Shown: positions 61,009 to 64,000 of the stretch, one piece after another
Position numbering within the stretch: position 1 is the first letter of the stretch
Layout: every line of letters begins with the position of its first letter
NCBI GenBank assembly: GCA_009840165.1
Contig: VXOG01000028.1
Location: 57,139-121,138 of the forward strand
Source: Chloroflexota bacterium
GTDB taxonomy: Bacteria > Chloroflexota > Dehalococcoidia > Lucifugimonadales > UBA3495
Length of the DNA: 64,000 nt
Direction of reading: 5' to 3'
Notes under the pieces: generated by a model
What the model saw: only the letters and a program-made list of their open reading frames with translations
Databases searched by the model: none
Told to the model about the DNA's origin: nothing
Made by a program: the position numbers and the translations under genes

Positions 61009-62100
61009 CTAGCCAATGGCCTGCGCGATGAGATCACCCATGCCTACGGTGCTGGTAACCGTTTCGCCGGACGTAGCGATATCGGCGGTTCGATAGCCAT
61101 TCTCCAGAACGCTCTGCACTGCCCGGTCGATGGCCGCCGCCTCTTCGGTTAAACCGAGCGAATAGCGCAGCATCATGGCAGCGCTGAGGATGGACCCGCA
61201 GGGGTTGGCAATACCCTGGCCGGCGATGTCGGGCGCCGTACCGTGTATCGGCTCGTAGAATCCCGGCGTGGTGGCTCCGGCCTGGGGAACTCCGGACAGG
61301 CTGGCAGAAGGCAGGAGGCCCATGGATGCCGCCAGGATCGCTGCCTCGTCGGTCAGTATGTCGCCAAAGGTGTTCTCCGCTACGATCACGTCGTAAGATG
61401 ACGGGCGCAACACGATCTGCATGGCGCAAGCGTCCACCAGCGCGTGCTCCAGTTCAACGTCGGGGTAATCTGCCGCCACCCGGGTCGCGGTGGCCCGCCA
61501 CAGCCTTGACGTTTCCAGGACGTTGGCCTTGTCAACAGAGGTCAGCTTTTTCCGCCGCCCTCGGGCTAGTTCAAAGCCGACGCGAAGCACACGCTCGATT
61601 TCGGCTTCCGAATATCGCATGGTGTCAACGCCAACGATGCCCTGCGGCGTTTCAGTCCGTCCCTTGGGCTGTGCGTAGTACAAGCCGCCGGTAAGTTCCC
61701 TCACCACCACCATGTCCACGTTCTCAAGGACGTGGGGCTTCAGTACGCTGGATCCCGTGAGTTCCGGATATACCTTTACGGGCCGGATATTGGCAAAGAC
61801 GTTAAGGTGAGCGCGAAGGGCTAAAAGCCCGTCTTCCGGGCGGGTTGGAGCCGACGGGTCATCCCATTTGGGTCCGCCGACGGCCCCGAACAGCACCGCG
61901 TCGGCGTCAGTAGCCAGGTCTCTTACCGTGTCGGTAAGGGGGGTTCCGTGGCGGTCAATGGAAACACCGCCCACGTCCCCGTATTCCAATAAAAAGTTAT
62001 GTCCGAAGGCGCGGCCCACGGCTTCCAGGGCCTTGACCCCCTCCGCCGTAACTTCGGGCCCGATGCCGTCGCCGCCGAGAACGGCGATGTTAAAATCCAT
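61009..62100 (-). CDS. leuB: 3-isopropylmalate dehydrogenase
   Basis: [56 protein letters not shown]. Confidence 0.97.
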   Translation of the reverse strand: MDFNIAVLGGDGIGPEVTAEGVKALEAVGRAFGHNFLLEYGDVGGVSIDRHGTPLTDTVRDLATDADAVLFGAVGGPKWDDPSAPTRPEDGLLALRAHLNVFANIRPVKVYPELTGSSVLKPHVLENVDMVVVRELTGGLYYAQPKGRTETPQGIVGVDTMRYSEAEIERVLRVGFELARGRRKKLTSVDKANVLETSRLWRATATRVAADYPDVELEHALVDACAMQIVLRPSSYDVIVAENTFGDILTDEAAILAASMGLLPSASLSGVPQAGATTPGFYEPIHGTAPDIAGQGIANPCGSILSAAMMLRYSLGLTEEAAAIDRAVQSVLENGYRTADIATSGETVTSTVGMGDLIAQAIG

Positions 62101-62164
62101 AGAAATCTGCTCCTGGCCACCGGCCCATTATGTAAAAAAGCCAAGCCGGAACGAGCCGACGGGT

Positions 62165-62193
62165 AGTATAGCCTACGGGTTGGCGGGTATCAA
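62165..62193 (-). promoter_or_regulatory. Putative sigma70 promoter of leuB
   Basis: Minus strand TTGATA, 17 nt, TATACT. Confidence 0.6.
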
Positions 62194-62395
62194 ACGCCAG
62201 GGCAATTGTGTTGTTCACACACCATAGGGTTATGGGGACAGTTTACCGGACCACCGGACGCCGTTAGGGTCGCTTTACTTGGCGGACACTACGCAGATTT
62301 ACCCGTAGACACGCGGTTCAAACCATTCGGTGCGAATGGAGCGGTAGGTAGCCCGAATGGTGATGGGCGACACCATCGGCCAGATGGTGTGCTTG

Positions 62396-64000
62396 CTACG
62401 GATTGCCTGCCGGTGGCACAGCTTGACCGTAATAATCGTTGGTGCCCCTTTTGGTATATCGGTAGGCGTCGTTGTTTGCGCCCCAGCAGATAGCGCGGCC
62501 GTCGGTTCGGATTCCGCAAGTGTGCACTCCACCGGCCGCCACGGTAAGGAATGTTCCTGGCGGCGGGTCGGCTTGGCCGTAGTGTGTTTCAGAAACGTGA
62601 CTCGTTGAAAATGCCCAATCGCTAGTGCTGGTGATCCGGATCTTGTTCGGCCCCCAGCAGGCAAGAGTATCGTCAACCTTGATGCCGCAGGCATGCGCGC
62701 TGCCGACGCTGACCGATCTGAACTTGCCCCGAGGCGGAGAGGTGTTCCCGTCCACATCGTAGCCCCAGCAGGCGACCTTTCCAGAAACCCGGATGGCGCA
62801 GGCGAGGGCACTTCCGAGGCTCACGGACTGGTACTGGCCGTCCGGGGGCGGCCGCGTGATCGCGCCGTGGCGCTGGCCCGCGAGAGACTGGTACTGGCCG
62901 TCCGGGGGCGGCACTTCCAATTCTCCAAATCCGTACTGCCAGCAAATCAGAGAATTATCGTTCCTGACGCCGCAGGCATTGTTCCCATGTACGCTGATGT
63001 GTCGGAATGTTCCCCTCGGTGAGCGTCTCGGATTGCTGAAGCCATATCCCCAGCAACGAACCGAATCGTCGGATAGGATTCCGCAGAAGGAAGGCGGTCT
63101 GTTGTAAACCTGTCCCCCGCTTACGGAAGAAAACTCCCCGGATGGTGGTGCAATCCCGTCTTCGAGAAGGTCAGGATGCCAGCAGGACAAAGCCCCGTCC
63201 ACTGTTACCGCGCAGCCGTGGGCTATGGATTTGAACGTGCCTTCCGGCGGAGTGTTGGTTTGACCCCAACAAACGATGGTGGCGGAGTCGGTCAAGGCGC
63301 ATGTGTTCGCGTCGCCGGCGATGATGTCAGTGAACCCGTTGGGGACCGGTATCCCCGGCGGCGTGTCGGAGTTGGGCACGGCGTTTTTGTTCCAGCAAAT
63401 GCCAACTGGCGATTGTTCACAAAGATAATCGGCGCCGTTACTGGACATGGCGACGTAACCGGGTGCGTTGTTCTGCAATGAAGCGCTGTAACCCCAGCAA
63501 ATGACGGTCCCATCCTGCCGAACAGCGCAGTTGTGGCTGATGCCGGCGCTAACGGAGCGGAACGCGCCGTTGGGCGGAGTCAGCTGTCGTTCGCTGATGG
63601 GAGGCTCTCCTTCCCACGCCCTGAGGGAACCCCAACAAGCCAGAGAGCCATCGGTCTTGATGCCGCAAGTGTGGTCAAAACCCGCGCTGACAAGTTGGAA
63701 CGGGCCGGCGGGAGGTAATGCCTGGCCTTCCTCGACAGTGGCTTGCTCCGGAACAGATGTCGTTGTGTCCTGATTCTGGACGCCGGCTGGCTTTGTCGCC
63801 GGGCCAGGGTTGCGTTCGAGCAAGTCCCCAGCCGGTTCATTGCTGCCCCAGCAGACTACGGAGCCGTCGGTTTGCACTCCACAGGTGTGGCGACTGCCGG
63901 CGCTAACGGAGCGAAATGAGCCCTCGGTAGGGCTTGACTGGCCGAATTCGTTATCTCCCCAGCAGAGCGCGGCGCCATCGTCTGTTACCCCACAGGTGTG
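62396..64000 (-). CDS. RCC1-like/crinkly beta-propeller repeat protein (5' end beyond the window)
   Basis: Repeats of F.SVSAG..HTCG...DG...CWG; the frame is open from 64000 through 63877 to the stop at 62396. Confidence 0.88.
   Translation of the reverse strand, partial: HTCGVTDDGAALCWGDNEFGQSSPTEGSFRSVSAGSRHTCGVQTDGSVVCWGSNEPAGDLLERNPGPATKPAGVQNQDTTTSVPEQATVEEGQALPPAGPFQLVSAGFDHTCGIKTDGSLACWGSLRAWEGEPPISERQLTPPNGAFRSVSAGISHNCAVRQDGTVICWGYSASLQNNAPGYVAMSSNGADYLCEQSPVGICWNKNAVPNSDTPPGIPVPNGFTDIIAGDANTCALTDSATIVCWGQTNTPPEGTFKSIAHGCAVTVDGALSCWHPDLLEDGIAPPSGEFSSVSGGQVYNRPPSFCGILSDDSVRCWGYGFSNPRRSPRGTFRHISVHGNNACGVRNDNSLICWQYGFGELEVPPPDGQYQSLAGQRHGAITRPPPDGQYQSVSLGSALACAIRVSGKVACWGYDVDGNTSPPRGKFRSVSVGSAHACGIKVDDTLACWGPNKIRITSTSDWAFSTSHVSETHYGQADPPPGTFLTVAAGGVHTCGIRTDGRAICWGANNDAYRYTKRGTNDYYGQAVPPAGNP

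Noticed and set aside
62101-62165. Leucine attenuator upstream of leuB
   Set aside because: Only a weak 5-bp hairpin and T-run; no Leu-rich leader ORF between the promoter and the start
62299-62395. Protein-like tail (HTIWPMVSPITIRATYRSIRTEWFEPRVYG) after the RCC1 gene
   Set aside because: Could be a gene remnant, but I cannot assign it to any family and it has no clear independent start or RBS
1-64000. CRISPR array
   Set aside because: Repeats are dispersed palindromes, not regularly spaced direct repeats; no cas genes

Overview
GC-rich bacterial chromosomal segment, densely coding, with no CRISPR array, rRNA, tRNA or intact transposase seen. The gene content (family-5 ABC binding proteins, luciferase-like and PPOX/F420 enzymes, CPxCGG Zn-ribbon proteins, RCC1 and FN3 domains) suggests Chloroflexota, Dehalococcoidia/SAR202-like, possibly host-associated; this is an inference. 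Main blocks: a Gld-like ABC module, cinA, a coaE-cbbQ/norQ-Nudix-giant VWA operon, a peptide-type ABC transporter, selA-endoQ-rimI, riboflavin genes, prfB (programmed +1 frameshift), thrS, pstCAB-phoU, a sulfite reductase with hemD, nnr-acpS-metF, leuB and a partial RCC1-repeat gene. Four families of palindromic REP-like repeats fill the intergenic gaps. Signals missed by the ORF track: (1) a trp-style attenuator with a near-leaderless Cys-rich leader peptide upstream of the sulfite reductase; (2) two tandem lipoprotein redoxins with in-frame UGA read as selenocysteine (UxxC), consistent with selA in the window; (3) an unidentified ~390-nt highly structured intergenic element; (4) a PstC carrying an inserted FN3 domain in an operon lacking pstS; (5) a CbbQ/CbbO-like chaperone pair with no known client, interleaved with CoA enzymes.
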